Part shown: piece by piece, positions 1-9,800 of the stretch
Layout: every line of letters begins with the position of its first letter
How positions within the stretch are numbered: position 1 is the stretch's first letter
Assembly: GCA_963795085.1 (NCBI GenBank)
Contig: CAWCFX010000006.1
Location: forward strand, 768,001-832,000
Direction: 5' to 3'
Length of the DNA: 64,000 nt
From: an uncultured Gemmatimonadales bacterium
GTDB taxonomy: Bacteria; Gemmatimonadota; Gemmatimonadetes; Gemmatimonadales; GWC2-71-9
The notes under the pieces: generated by a model
The model's database searches: none
Told to the model about the DNA's origin: nothing
Seen by the model: the letters and a program-made list of their open reading frames with translations, nothing else
Position numbers and translations under genes: made by a program

Positions 1-873
1 CGGCGACCCGGCGATGGACCCGCCGCCGGATGCCACCGCGAAGGCCACCGACACGCCGGGCACCGGGTTATCGAACGCGTCGCGCACCAGCACCGATGGG
101 TTGACGGCCACCGCGGTACCGGTGGCGGCTCCCTGGTTGTCTCCCGCCTGCCGGGAAATGCTCGCGGGTGCGCCGGGATTCACGTGGGTGGTGGCGCTGA
201 CGGCGGGCAGCGTCAACGAATTGAATCCGAGCGTGTAGTCCCCGACGGGTCCTTCGAGCCGGAGATCGGTGAACCGTGCGGCACCCTGGGCATCGGTCAC
301 GGCGGTGACCGTGCCCTGGAGTACGCCGCCCGGGCCCTGGAGAATGGAGGCGGTGACGACGGAGCCGGGGAGCTGGTCCGGGTTGCCGTACACGTCTTTC
401 AGCTGGACTGCCGGCTGGGGAGAGAACGGCGTCCCGCTGGTGACGGCCGCGGGCGGGGGATCCACCAGCTCGGCGGCCGCGGGCGGCCCCGGGCGGGCGG
501 TGGCCGTGAACTCGACCGGACTCCCGGACAGGCCGGCGGCCGCGGCGTTGACCCGGTTGGGGCCGGCCACGGTCCCCAGGGTCCAACCGCCGACCTCGGC
601 GATGCCGTCGGGTCCCGTGGTGTCGGTGGCGCGGGTCAGCGCCCCGCCACCGGCCGTGACGGTGAAGGTCACGATGGCGCCCTCGGTGGGAGCCCCCGAC
701 TCGTTGGTAACCAGCACGGCGGGCGGGACAGGCAGCGGGGAGCCGACCTCGGCGGACTGCGCGTTGCCGCGCAACTCCGCCATGGCAGCCGGACCCGTGC
801 CCGGACCCGTCTTGAGATCGGCCTTGCAGCCGAGCGCAAGCAGCAGTCCCACCAGCATGGTGGAGCGCTTCAC
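1..873 (-). CDS. Partial (runs off the window) lipoprotein with repeated Ig-like (Big_1-type) domains
   Basis: Not in the ORF track. Manual translation from GTG at 873 gives MKRSTMLVGLLLLALGC (lipobox), then GNAQSAEVGSPLPVPPAVLVTNESGAPTEGAIVTFTVTAGGG, a typical Ig-like repeat. Confidence 0.75.
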   Translation of the reverse strand, partial: MKRSTMLVGLLLALGCKADLKTGPGTGPAAMAELRGNAQSAEVGSPLPVPPAVLVTNESGAPTEGAIVTFTVTAGGGALTRATDTTGPDGIAEVGGWTLGTVAGPNRVNAAAAGLSGSPVEFTATARPGPPAAAELVDPPPAAVTSGTPFSPQPAVQLKDVYGNPDQLPGSVVTASILQGPGGVLQGTVTAVTDAQGAARFTDLRLEGPVGDYTLGFNSLTLPAVSATTHVNPGAPASISRQAGDNQGAATGTAVAVNPSVLVRDAFDNPVPGVSVAFAVASGGGSIAGSP

Positions 874-906
874 CCTACCCCCCGCATTTCGGGACGACAG
901 CACCCG

Positions 907-2553
907 CTATGGGCACACCATGCCGGCCAGGAACCAGCAGGCCGCACGTTGATCAGTCTTGAAGAAGGAGAGCAGCCGCGCGCCCACCTTGCCCTCGCCG
1001 CTGGCGCTGGGATGGGTGCCGTCGGGCTCGAAATCCCCGGCGACCCAGGTGAGGCCGTCCGACCGGGGATTGAGACCGTCGGCCCACAGGTAGGGTCCCC
1101 ACGCCAACCACGGTGCCACGGTGGTGTAGTTCAGGTTGCCGGCGCGATTGTCCACGATGGTGCCGCCGTTGGCCATCTGGTCGATCTGCGCCTGGATCAG
1201 CCATTTCATGGCAAACCCGGTTTCGTAGGCGTAGGGTTCCGGGTTGAGCGTGAGATTGGCATAGCCGCCGAAGACACGGCTGGAAAGAAACACGATCTTC
1301 AGGTTCGGATAGCGATTGTGCAGAATCCGCACGATGTTGCCGGCCGCCTCGACCAGGCGCACCGCATCGGCGGTGGCCGAGGGAAGGCTCACGGTCGGGT
1401 CGGGATTGACGACCTTGAGCCAGATCACCTGGACCTGCTGCTCGGTCAGGCCCTGCGGCGTGAGCACGCTGTCCCGGATCCGGTCGTAGTTGGGGCTGGC
1501 CGGGTCGGCCCAGTCGCTGGCTGTCTGGCTGCGCTTGGCGCCGTCCACCACGGCCAGCGTGGTGTGGTTGACGGCGTTATCGGCGGCGGCCTGCCCGGTG
1601 AACGACCAGGCGGTGCAGGTCGAGGGGACCGAGTCGCACCACTCCTGCGTGGTGTTGGACATGCCGATGGACATCAGCACGATGCGGCCGTTCCCGTTGG
1701 GCGTGCCGTTGCCGGCCCGCGGCACCACGTTGCGCGCCGCGGCGGCGCCGGCGGTGGCATGGGCTCCCGGCATGGCATTGGATCCGTTGGCGTAGAGCCC
1801 GCCGCTGTGGCCGAGGTAGGTCCGGCTTCCCATGTCGGTGAGGGGCACCCGGCCGCTGACCGTCGAAAGGTCCAGCGCGGCGCTGGTCGCTCCCGTCAGA
1901 CCCGGCGCGGTGAACGCCAGGGTGTAGGCGCCGACCGGGCCGAGAATTCGGAGCGTGGTGAAAGCGGCCTGGCCGGATGCGTTGGTCGTCGCGGTCAGCG
2001 TACCGCCCAGCGACGCCACCGGCGACCCCGACGCAATCGCCGCGGTGACCACGACGCCCGCCTGGTTGACCGTCCCGCCCTGGGAATTCCGCAGCTGGAG
2101 CACCGGCTGGGTGGGCAGCGCCACGCCGCTCTGTCCATCGGAAGGCTGGGTGGTGAGCCCGAGCTGGTTCCCCGGGTTTCCGATACTCGAGGCCGTGGCG
2201 CTGAACTGCACGGAAAACCCGGCTGCCGACGCTTGCGCGCCGTTCACGCCGACACTGCCCAGCGTCCACCGCGCCGCGGCACGGCCCGCCGCGTCGCTGG
2301 TGGCGGCACCCGGCCCCAGCGTTCCGCCCCCGGCGGTCACGCTCCAGGTGACGGCGATGCCGCTGACACCCTGGCCCCCGCCATCCACGACGCGAACCAC
2401 CAGCGACTCGGCGAGGGCCGAGCCGGTGGTCGCGGCCTGGCCATCGCCGGCCAGCTTCACCAGCGCGGCAGCCCCTTGTCCGGGCGTAGTTGATCCATCG
2501 CATCCGGCCGCCAGTATCAGCAGGCCGAGGGCGAACGTTTTTCCTGTCCTCAT
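907..2553 (-). CDS. Lipoprotein with two Ig-like domains and a C-terminal SGNH-hydrolase-like domain
   Basis: Start reassigned to MRTGKTFALGLLILAAGC (lipobox). Ig-like repeats, then SIGMSN and C-terminal DGTHP motifs. Confidence 0.7.
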   Translation of the reverse strand: MRTGKTFALGLLILAAGCDGSTTPGQGAAALVKLAGDGQAATTGSALAESLVVRVVDGGGQGVSGIAVTWSVTAGGGTLGPGAATSDAAGRAAARWTLGSVGVNGAQASAAGFSVQFSATASSIGNPGNQLGLTTQPSDGQSGVALPTQPVLQLRNSQGGTVNQAGVVVTAAIASGSPVASLGGTLTATTNASGQAAFTTLRILGPVGAYTLAFTAPGLTGATSAALDLSTVSGRVPLTDMGSRTYLGHSGGLYANGSNAMPGAHATAGAAAARNVVPRAGNGTPNGNGRIVLMSIGMSNTTQEWCDSVPSTCTAWSFTGQAAADNAVNHTTLAVVDGAKRSQTASDWADPASPNYDRIRDSVLTPQGLTEQQVQVIWLKVVNPDPTVSLPSATADAVRLVEAAGNIVRILHNRYPNLKIVFLSSRVFGGYANLTLNPEPYAYETGFAMKWLIQAQIDQMANGGTIVDNRAGNLNYTTVAPWLAWGPYLWADGLNPRSDGLTWVAGDFEPDGTHPSASGEGKVGARLLSFFKTDQRAACWFLAGMVCP

Positions 2554-2608
2554 GACACTCGCTGCGCGTTCGTTGAGTTGGGGGCCGCGAAGGGGCCGCC
2601 CGACGAGT

Positions 2609-3454
2609 TCAGGCGGCCCCCCACTCGGCCCAGCTTCCATCATACAGGGCAATATCCCTGGCCCCCAAAACATGCAGGCCCAGCAACAGGGCGCAAGCCG
2701 TGGTGCCGGAGCCACATGTAGCCACCACCGGGAGTTGGATGTCTATCCCTGCACCCTGAAACGTCTTCCGCAGTTCGGCCGGGGCCAGCAGGGTCCCATC
2801 GGGACCGACCAGGGCCTGGAAGGGAAGATTGAGACTGCCCGGAATATGTCCCCCGCGGAGCCCGGGACGGGGCTCCGGCTCCTCGCCCCGGAAGCGCCCG
2901 GGAGAGCGGGCATCCAGGACCTGTTCGCGCCTGGTCTCCAGGTTCCTGCGCAGGTCGGCCATCGCGCGCACCATATGAGGGCGCGGATTCGGGGTGAACG
3001 TGGCGGTCGTTGACGGCGCGGGCCCGGGCCCGGATTCCAGCGGGCGGCCTTCGTTCGTCCACTTGCCGAGCCCGCCATCGAGCACCGCGGACTGGTCATG
3101 CCCGAATACGCGCAACATCCACCAGACCCGGGCCGCGCTCAGGTTGGCACCGCTGCTGTCGTACACAATCACGGTGTCGCGGTCGGCCACGCCCAGCCGG
3201 GCCATGGCGGCGCCGAAGTGCCCGGCGTCGGGCAACATGTGGGGCAGCCGGCTGGCCGGGTCGGAGACCGCATCGAGATCGCAGTAGGTCGCGCCTGGAA
3301 CATGGCCGGCCTCGTACTCACGCCGGGGATCGCGGCCCGCGTGGGGGAGGTACCACGAGGCATCGAGCACCCGCACGCCGGGATCGCGCAGGTGCCTGGC
3401 CAGCCATTCGGTTGTGACGAGGGAGTCGCGCGGATCGCTGCCGCGCTCAGGCAC
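2609..3454 (-). CDS. sseA: 3-mercaptopyruvate sulfurtransferase (tandem rhodanese)
   Basis: LVTTEWL, GHVPGA, DARSPGRF, GHIPG, CGSGTTA active loop and LYDGSWAEW signature. GTG start at 3454 overlaps the upstream stop. Confidence 0.9.
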   Translation of the reverse strand: MPERGSDPRDSLVTTEWLARHLRDPGVRVLDASWYLPHAGRDPRREYEAGHVPGATYCDLDAVSDPASRLPHMLPDAGHFGAAMARLGVADRDTVIVYDSSGANLSAARVWWMLRVFGHDQSAVLDGGLGKWTNEGRPLESGPGPAPSTTATFTPNPRPHMVRAMADLRRNLETRREQVLDARSPGRFRGEEPEPRPGLRGGHIPGSLNLPFQALVGPDGTLLAPAELRKTFQGAGIDIQLPVVATCGSGTTACALLLGLHVLGARDIALYDGSWAEWGAA

Positions 3455-4196
3455 CTGCGGTATCGATGAAGGAGGTGAACAGCGCCCGCATCCCGGCGTC
3501 GTGATCGACCAGCGACTCGGGATGCCACTGTACGCCGACCATGAAGTGACCATTGGAGGATTCGATCGCCTCGATGAGTCCGTCCGGGGCCACCGCCGAC
3601 ACCGTGAGTCCCTGGCCCAGCTGTTTGACGCCCTGGTGGTGCATGCTGTTGACCAGCACATCGGGCCGCTGGAGAATGCGGCCGAGCCGCGAGGCGGAGA
3701 CGACCTCCACCGGGTGAGCCAGGTAATCGCGGGCAAAGCCGGCGGTGGGGAAGTAATCGTGCTTGATGGCGTGGGGAAACTCGGCACCGAGATCCTGGTA
3801 GAGCGTGCCGCCGAGGGCCACGTTGATGACCTGGCTTCCGCGGCAGAGTCCGAGCACCGGTTTCTTGTCCTGGGCGGCCCAGCGGGTCAGGGTGAGTTCG
3901 ACCTTGTCGCGGGCCAGGTCGGTGTTGCCGAGCAGGGGGCTCGGCGCTGCGCCGAAGGTGGCGGGGTCCATGTCCACGCCCCCGGGAATGAGGACGCCGT
4001 CGAGCGCCTCGTAGATCGCGCGGAGACCCGCCTCGTCCTCGTCCAGGAGGGGCACCATCACCGGAGCGCCGCCCGCCTCGCTGACCGCGTGGATATACCG
4101 CTGGTTCATCATCCATGACGACGGCAGCCCCTCGGGGATGCCGTCGATGGAATGCAGGGTCTGGGTCGTGATCCCGATCACGGGCCGGCGGGCCAT
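3447..4196 (-). CDS. Gamma-glutamyl-gamma-aminobutyrate hydrolase family protein (PuuD-like, peptidase C26 GATase)
   Basis: RPVIGIT, GGVDMDP, LGLCRGSQ (catalytic Cys), VNSMHHQ, GVQWHPE. Confidence 0.9.
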   Translation of the reverse strand: MARRPVIGITTQTLHSIDGIPEGLPSSWMMNQRYIHAVSEAGGAPVMVPLLDEDEAGLRAIYEALDGVLIPGGVDMDPATFGAAPSPLLGNTDLARDKVELTLTRWAAQDKKPVLGLCRGSQVINVALGGTLYQDLGAEFPHAIKHDYFPTAGFARDYLAHPVEVVSASRLGRILQRPDVLVNSMHHQGVKQLGQGLTVSAVAPDGLIEAIESSNGHFMVGVQWHPESLVDHDAGMRALFTSFIDTAGA

Positions 4197-4268
4197 TCAA
4201 GCTCCAGGTAAAGGGACAGCCAGTGGAGGAAAGTTAATTCACGGCCCCGGCCCAGGCTATCGGCTGGG

Positions 4269-5375
4269 TCACACCACGCCTTCTTCGGTCTCGGCGATCA
4301 GCTGGTCCACCACGGAGGAGAAATCCTGGGTCCGCTTATAGGTGGCGAGCTGGCGGTCCGCGCTGGTGCCGTTCTTGAGGATCTCAAAGGCATATTCCAC
4401 TTCGCGGCGGCTGCCGAGTTCGTCCAGGACATCGTCGATGAACCACCGGATCAGTTCCTCGATCAGCTCGCGGGCCGGCTGTTCCCGGTTCTTGCCCAGG
4501 TCCACCAGGTTGCCGTCGAGCCCATAGCGCACCGCGCGCCACTTGTTTTCCTCAATTAGCGTGCCAGGGTAGTTCCGGAAGGTGAGGTTGTCGCGGCGGA
4601 GTTTCCAGAGCTTCGCGATGATCGCCTGCAGGATCGCCGCAACGCTGACCGCTTCATCCACCCGGGTGCAGACGTCGCAGAGGCGGAATTCCAGGGTCGG
4701 ATAGCTGTGGTTGGGCCGCACGTCCCACCAGATCTTGGAGCCGTTGGGAATGCAGTTGGTTTCGGTCATCGTCTCCAGCAGCGCCTGGTAGTCGGTCCAG
4801 TCGCGGAGCAGCGGCGGAATCCCGGTGCGGGGAAAGTTCCGGAAAATGACGCTGCGATAGGACTTGAGCCCGGTGGTGCGGCCCATCCAGAACGGCGAGC
4901 TGGTCGAGAGGCAGAGCACGTGGGGCACGAAGTAGCGCGACACGTTCATCGCGTCGATCAGGAAATCGCGGTCTTCGATGCCGATGTGGACGTGGGTGCC
5001 GAAGATGAGCAGCCGCTGGGCCAGGTCGGCGAGGTCCTGGCGGACGCCCATGTAGCGTTCCAGCGGAGTGATCTCCTGGGAGAGCCAGGAGGAGAACGGG
5101 TGGGTGCCGGCCGCGGCGATCTTGAGGCCGTTCTTGGCGGCCAGCCGCATCACGGTGCCCCGGAGCCGCACCAGTTCGCTCCGCGCCTCGGCCGGCGTCT
5201 GGCACACGTTGGTGCCGATCTCGACCATGGACTGGTGCAGCTCCGGCTTCACTTCCCCCAGGACCACGCTGTCTTCCTTGAGAATCTGCGTGATGTAGGA
5301 CTGCAGTTCCCGGGTCTTGGGATCAATGATCTGGTACTCTTCTTCGATGCCCAGGGTCAGGGACGGGGCTTTCAT
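4269..5375 (-). CDS. Carboxylate-amine ligase, YbdK/GCS2 (glutamate-cysteine ligase 2) family
   Basis: TLGIEEEYQIID, FGTHVHIG, SSPFW, WWDVRP, TLEFRLCD, ENKWRAVRYG. Confidence 0.93.
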   Translation of the reverse strand: MKAPSLTLGIEEEYQIIDPKTRELQSYITQILKEDSVVLGEVKPELHQSMVEIGTNVCQTPAEARSELVRLRGTVMRLAAKNGLKIAAAGTHPFSSWLSQEITPLERYMGVRQDLADLAQRLLIFGTHVHIGIEDRDFLIDAMNVSRYFVPHVLCLSTSSPFWMGRTTGLKSYRSVIFRNFPRTGIPPLLRDWTDYQALLETMTETNCIPNGSKIWWDVRPNHSYPTLEFRLCDVCTRVDEAVSVAAILQAIIAKLWKLRRDNLTFRNYPGTLIEENKWRAVRYGLDGNLVDLGKNREQPARELIEELIRWFIDDVLDELGSRREVEYAFEILKNGTSADRQLATYKRTQDFSSVVDQLIAETEEGVV

Positions 5376-5402
5376 GGCGAACTCCGCTGTGAGGCTTGAG
5401 GC

Positions 5403-6749
5403 TTACCGCTTCTCGGCCAGGAACGTGGGCACGGTGGAGCCGCCGCCGGAGGTGACGTTCAGCAGGGCGGCGGTCGAGAGCCGGGTCAGCTGGCCCTGCA
5501 TGAAATCACCGTAGCTGACGAACGGGGCGGTATCGAGCATCCGGTCCATGAGGAGCAGGTTGCCGTCCACCAGGCTGGGATAGGGCTCGCTGGGGATGGG
5601 GACCCGCTCCTGCACGATGTAGGGAGCGGCCAGCGCCTCCTGGATGGCGGCATGCCAGTTGGTCTCGGTCACCTGCCAGCCCAGCACGATCCCGGCCCCG
5701 CCGTAGTCGTCGTTGGGCTTGAGCACCATGCGGTCGCGCCGGTCGGCGATATACGGCAGCAGGTCGATGGATTCCCCGCCGTGCATGGTGGTGCGCTCTT
5801 CCACGATCCGGGTCCAGGGCACATGGGCCCGGATGGCCTCCAGTTCGTCGGGACGGAAGAGGTGGCTGTTGCGCTCGTCGCTCAGCACGGCGAGGCTGGC
5901 CTTCTTGTGCAGGATCTTGCTGCGAAACGGGTTGATCATGCAGACGGCGTTGTCCCGGACCGCGCGCACCACGGCATGGTCGAGACCGCAGACCTTGACC
6001 AGTTCGGTGATGAGGACCCGCTTGTAGATCAGGTCCACCGGCGCCCCGTGGGCGATCAGCCGGCCATCATGGTAGTCCATCTCGCGGGGGTCGGCGATCA
6101 CGCACTCGATGCCCAGGGCGTGGAAGTACCGCTCGTAGAGCACGAACTCGTTCCGGGTCGGCACGTCGGGCCAGTCCACGATGGCCACCCGGGGAAGCGC
6201 CCGGCTCCGGGACCACTGGTGGTAGGCATCGAGCAGGACGTTGACCACGCCGGCCTGGGAGAGCAGCGGTTCCAGCTGGTACTCGCGGCTGAAGGCCCGC
6301 ATCACCGGCAGCGAGGCGAACGCGTTGCACAGCTCGTCGTTGAAGCCGGCCCCGGCGGGGGTCTCCGCGTTGTACTCGGTCAGGGCCATGGTCCCGGCCT
6401 CGTCCATCACGAACGCGTCGAGCCGGGAGGTAGGGCTCGAATCGGCATAGCCGGGATCGTGGCCGATGAGCTGTTCTTCCCAGCCCTCCAGCCGGAACTG
6501 CTCCCGGAAGTCCGGGTCCGCCACCGCGGCCTGGTAGGCGCTCTGGAAGGCCCGCATCAGGACCCGGACCCGCCGCTGCATCAGGTCGTGCTGGGCCCTG
6601 GTCATCAGCCGGGGGCGCAGCACGGTACAGAGCGCCCGGTCACCGAAGATCAGGCCGCGGTGAGCCAGCTGGCCTTCGAGCAGGGCGTGGCTGTCGGCCG
6701 CCAGCTCCGGCGTCAGGAGGTCGTGGTAGTCCTGGATGGGGGTGGCCAC
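5403..6749 (-). CDS. Circularly permuted ATP-grasp ligase
   Basis: [14 protein letters not shown] near the N-terminus, [47 protein letters not shown]. Confidence 0.85.
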   Translation of the reverse strand: MATPIQDYHDLLTPELAADSHALLEGQLAHRGLIFGDRALCTVLRPRLMTRAQHDLMQRRVRVLMRAFQSAYQAAVADPDFREQFRLEGWEEQLIGHDPGYADSSPTSRLDAFVMDEAGTMALTEYNAETPAGAGFNDELCNAFASLPVMRAFSREYQLEPLLSQAGVVNVLLDAYHQWSRSRALPRVAIVDWPDVPTRNEFVLYERYFHALGIECVIADPREMDYHDGRLIAHGAPVDLIYKRVLITELVKVCGLDHAVVRAVRDNAVCMINPFRSKILHKKASLAVLSDERNSHLFRPDELEAIRAHVPWTRIVEERTTMHGGESIDLLPYIADRRDRMVLKPNDDYGGAGIVLGWQVTETNWHAAIQEALAAPYIVQERVPIPSEPYPSLVDGNLLLMDRMLDTAPFVSYGDFMQGQLTRLSTAALLNVTSGGGSTVPTFLAEKR

Positions 6750-6752
6750 CGC

Positions 6753-7688
6753 TTACTTGCGGCCCGCCGTGAACATCGCGCTCCATTTCAGATCTTCGGC
6801 CTGCTTGCGCGGCGCCTTGGCGTACTGGATCACCATGTCCGCCATGTTCTGCACGACCCATTCGAAGTAGTGCGGCGTCAGCGAATTGACGTCCATGTCC
6901 GGGGCCGGGTTCATGAAGTCGATGGCGTAGGGAATCCCGCCGCGCACCGCGAACTCCAGGGAGTTCATGTCGTACCCCAGCGCCCGGCAGAGGGTCTGCG
7001 AATCCTTCACGATGCGGGCGCCCAGTTCCGGCGACAGGTGCTCGTGCTCGAGCAGGTAGCGCCGCTCCCGGGGATCGTATTTCATCGGGAGGACCTTCTC
7101 CTGGCCCAGGCAGAGACAGCGGACGAACTGGTCCCACTCGATGAACTCCTGCACCACCATGGTGAGCAGCCCGGAGCCGTCGTAGTTGTGGATCAGCTCC
7201 TCGAGCGAACGGCACACATAGACCTCCTTCCAGCCGCCGCCATGGGCATCCTTCAGGATGCAGGGCATCCCGATGTAGTCCACGATCGCCTTCCAGTCGA
7301 GCGGATAGGTGAGGTTCCGGAGACTTTCCTCCGGCACGATGCCCGGGATGTAGGCCTTGTTGGGGAGGGCCAGGGTCTTGGGATGGGCGACCCCCAGCCG
7401 GGTCGCCAGCGAGGCCCCGAAATACTTGTCATCCGCGGTCCACATGAACGGATTGTTGACCACGCTGGTCCCCTGCAGCACCGCGTTCTTCAGGTAGCTG
7501 CGGTAGTAGGGAACCTCGTGGGATATCCGGTCCACGATGACATCGTAGGGACAGGGTTCGTTCATCGCCACGGCGCCAATCTTCACGAACTCGGCCACGA
7601 CGCCCTGGTCCCGGCCGGCGACCTCGTCGATGAACCTGGGCGGGAAGGACCACTCCCGGCCCACCATCAATCCGACACGCTTCGTCAT
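6753..7688 (-). CDS. RimK/GshB-like ATP-grasp ligase
   Basis: Start reassigned to MTKRVGLMVGRE (the upstream extension is translated repeat). VVNNPF..ADDK, PKT, LKDAHGGGWK, VQEFI, IDFMNPAPD. Confidence 0.85.
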   Translation of the reverse strand: MTKRVGLMVGREWSFPPRFIDEVAGRDQGVVAEFVKIGAVAMNEPCPYDVIVDRISHEVPYYRSYLKNAVLQGTSVVNNPFMWTADDKYFGASLATRLGVAHPKTLALPNKAYIPGIVPEESLRNLTYPLDWKAIVDYIGMPCILKDAHGGGWKEVYVCRSLEELIHNYDGSGLLTMVVQEFIEWDQFVRCLCLGQEKVLPMKYDPRERRYLLEHEHLSPELGARIVKDSQTLCRALGYDMNSLEFAVRGGIPYAIDFMNPAPDMDVNSLTPHYFEWVVQNMADMVIQYAKAPRKQAEDLKWSAMFTAGRK

Positions 7689-7714
7689 AGTTCCAAGTTC
7701 CGGTGAAAGTGAGA

Positions 7715-7965
7715 CAGTGGGACAGTGGGACAGTGGGTCAGTGGGACAGTGGGTCAGTGGGTCAGTGGGACAGTGGGTCAGTGGGTCAGTGGGACAGTGG
7801 GACAGTGGGGCAGGCAGGGGGCCAGGGGGCCAGGGGGCCAGGGGGCCGTAGTACCCTAATGGGTTGTTGCCCTCTTGCCCCCTCACCCTCTTGCCCCCTT
7901 TGTTGCCCTCTTGCCCCCTTACCCTCTTGCCCCCTTCGTTGCCCTCTTGCCCTCTTGCCCCCTTG
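7715..7965. repeat. Intergenic composite tandem repeat: (CAGTGGGA/T)n, (GGCCAGGG)n, then (CCCTCTTGCC/TTGCCCCT)n
   Basis: Directly visible at 7715-7809, about 7817-7847 and about 7867-7965. Confidence 0.95.
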
Positions 7966-8685
7966 TCAATCGTGCCCCCCGACGTAGGCCCGGATCATCC
8001 GCTCCCAGTAGGGCCAGTCGTGGGACCAGCCGTCCCACTCCCGGAGCGCGTTGCCGATGCCCTTGTTCCACAGGATCCCGGAGAACTCGCGATTGTTGTG
8101 GATCGAGGGATCGTCCTTGCCGATGGCGAGAATCACGTCCTGGCGGCGCAACGCGTCGAGCCGGCCGGGATCGTGCTCGTGGACCAGGAAATCCATCGGA
8201 TTGGACTGATAGACGTTCTCGTCCGAGTACCCGCCGGTGAGCCGCTTGATGTCGTACAGCCCGCTCAATCCGATGATTCGCTGGACCAGGTGCGGGTGCC
8301 GAAAACCGAACGACGCGGCCTGGAAGGCGCCCAGGCTGGCCCCGGTCGCGATGACGAAGGGGGTGCCGTTCACGCTGTTCATGAACGGGGTCACTTCGTG
8401 AGCGAGGTAGGCGTCGTATTGAAGGTGGCGCCAGGCCTGGGCCCCGGGATGCACGGTGTCCGCGTTCCAGCTCTCACTGTTGACCTGGTCCACGCAGAAC
8501 ATCTGGAGCCAGCCCTGCTCCAGCTGGTCGCCCAGCACCTCGTGCATCCGGCGGTCGCCCCACTCAGTGAAGCTGCCCATCGAAGTGGGAAACACCAGCA
8601 GTTTCGCCCCGGCGTGGCCGAACACCAGGAGGTCCATCGGTTTCCCCAGCGCGGGGCTATGCCAACGGTGATGCTCGGTCTTCAC
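7966..8685 (-). CDS. Alpha/beta-hydrolase esterase family protein
   Basis: WHSPALG..FGHAG..VFPTS, GASLG nucleophile elbow, HDWPYW. Confidence 0.85.
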   Translation of the reverse strand: MKTEHHRWHSPALGKPMDLLVFGHAGAKLLVFPTSMGSFTEWGDRRMHEVLGDQLEQGWLQMFCVDQVNSESWNADTVHPGAQAWRHLQYDAYLAHEVTPFMNSVNGTPFVIATGASLGAFQAASFGFRHPHLVQRIIGLSGLYDIKRLTGGYSDENVYQSNPMDFLVHEHDPGRLDALRRQDVILAIGKDDPSIHNNREFSGILWNKGIGNALREWDGWSHDWPYWERMIRAYVGGHD

Positions 8686-9494
8686 GGATGGGTTCCTTGT
8701 GAGGTAACCAGAAAGGGAAGCGCGGCCTTGAACCGGCGGCCCCAGGCCGCTTCAGTATGCCCCGCGCCCGGCTCTTCAACCCAGCGCAGGTCCTCTCCCT
8801 CGCGGTAACCCTTGGCCAGCAGGATCTCTCGCATCCGGCGCGCGTTGGCCAGGGTGGAGGCCCCTTCGTTGGTCCCGATATCCAGGTAGATCTTCCCTGG
8901 TACCCGGGGAGCCGTCTCAATAAAAGGGAAGATAGCCCGGTCCGCAAACCACAGCGCCGGACTCAGGCTGGCCACGAATCCGAAATCCCCGGGCCGAGCG
9001 AAAAAGCCGTACAGGCTGATCAAGCCTCCCATGGAGGACCCGCCCAATCCGGTCGTTTCCCGGCCTGGCAGAGTCCGGAATGACCGGTCCACCAGCGGCT
9101 TGACCGTATCCACCACGAAATCCAGGTAGTCATCTCCCTTGCCGCCGCCCGCCTCGGCGTCCACGTAGGGGCTGTACTCGGCGATCCGCTCCTCCCCCAT
9201 GTTGGGGATACCGACAATGATCGCCTCGACACCCCGGCGCGGCAGGCCGGCACCGTCCATCAGACCCCAGTCCCCCGCAAAACTCTTGGCCGGATCGAAA
9301 AGGTTCTGCCCATCCTGCATGTAGATCGCCGGGTATCGTCGCTTGGCGGACTGATAGCCAGGCGGAAGGTACACGACAATCTCACGGGCATTGCCCAATG
9401 GCGGGCTGAGAACGGCGCCAAGCGACTTGAGGGTCCCTGCCGCCCGACGCCGGGGTTTCCAGTTGAGCAGTGCACGAGGCCAGCGAAGCATCAA
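8682..9494 (-). CDS. Alpha/beta hydrolase (IroE/Fes-like esterase)
   Basis: VYLPPGY, YMQDGQNLFD, GGSSMGG, YLDIGTNE, HTEAAW. 4-nt overlap with the next gene. Confidence 0.9.
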   Translation of the reverse strand: MMLRWPRALLNWKPRRRAAGTLKSLGAVLSPPLGNAREIVVYLPPGYQSAKRRYPAIYMQDGQNLFDPAKSFAGDWGLMDGAGLPRRGVEAIIVGIPNMGEERIAEYSPYVDAEAGGGKGDDYLDFVVDTVKPLVDRSFRTLPGRETTGLGGSSMGGLISLYGFFARPGDFGFVASLSPALWFADRAIFPFIETAPRVPGKIYLDIGTNEGASTLANARRMREILLAKGYREGEDLRWVEEPGAGHTEAAWGRRFKAALPFLVTSQGTHP

Positions 9495-9800
9495 TCAGGC
9501 GGGCTGGGGTGGAACCATGGGGCGGTGCCCCGGGAAGGCGTACAACCTAAATGAGCCGTTAATCCGGGCACAGCCTTCACCCCGCAGAAGCCCGCCGAAT
9601 ACCGGATCAGGGCAGGCCCGATCCCCGCCCCTGCCGAGCCGCCAGCATCCTCGCAAACTGCGATGCAAAACAGGCCAGAAAGCGTACACTAACTGTGTTA
9701 AGTCTTTTAAAATGAAGGGTATAAGCGTGGCCCACCTGTTGCTTTGATGAACAGCGACAGCATAGCACCAGACCGGGGACACTTACCAGGGGCATCGGCC

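Noticed and set aside
184..2493. Long plus-strand ORFs (also 5652-7706, 13323-15212, 32451-35936, 38636-40663 and others)
   Set aside because: Antisense shadows of well-supported genes, typical of high-GC DNA; no motifs
4269..5375. PafA/Dop pupylation ligase partnering the PafBC-like pair
   Set aside because: Motifs and size fit YbdK/GCS2, it is 37 kb away, and no pup or proteasome genes were seen
7689..7886. N-terminal extensions with THCPTDPL/GQWDSGSV repeats (also 32044-32535, 54322-54579, 61069-61239)
   Set aside because: Translations of intergenic DNA repeats; better starts lie downstream
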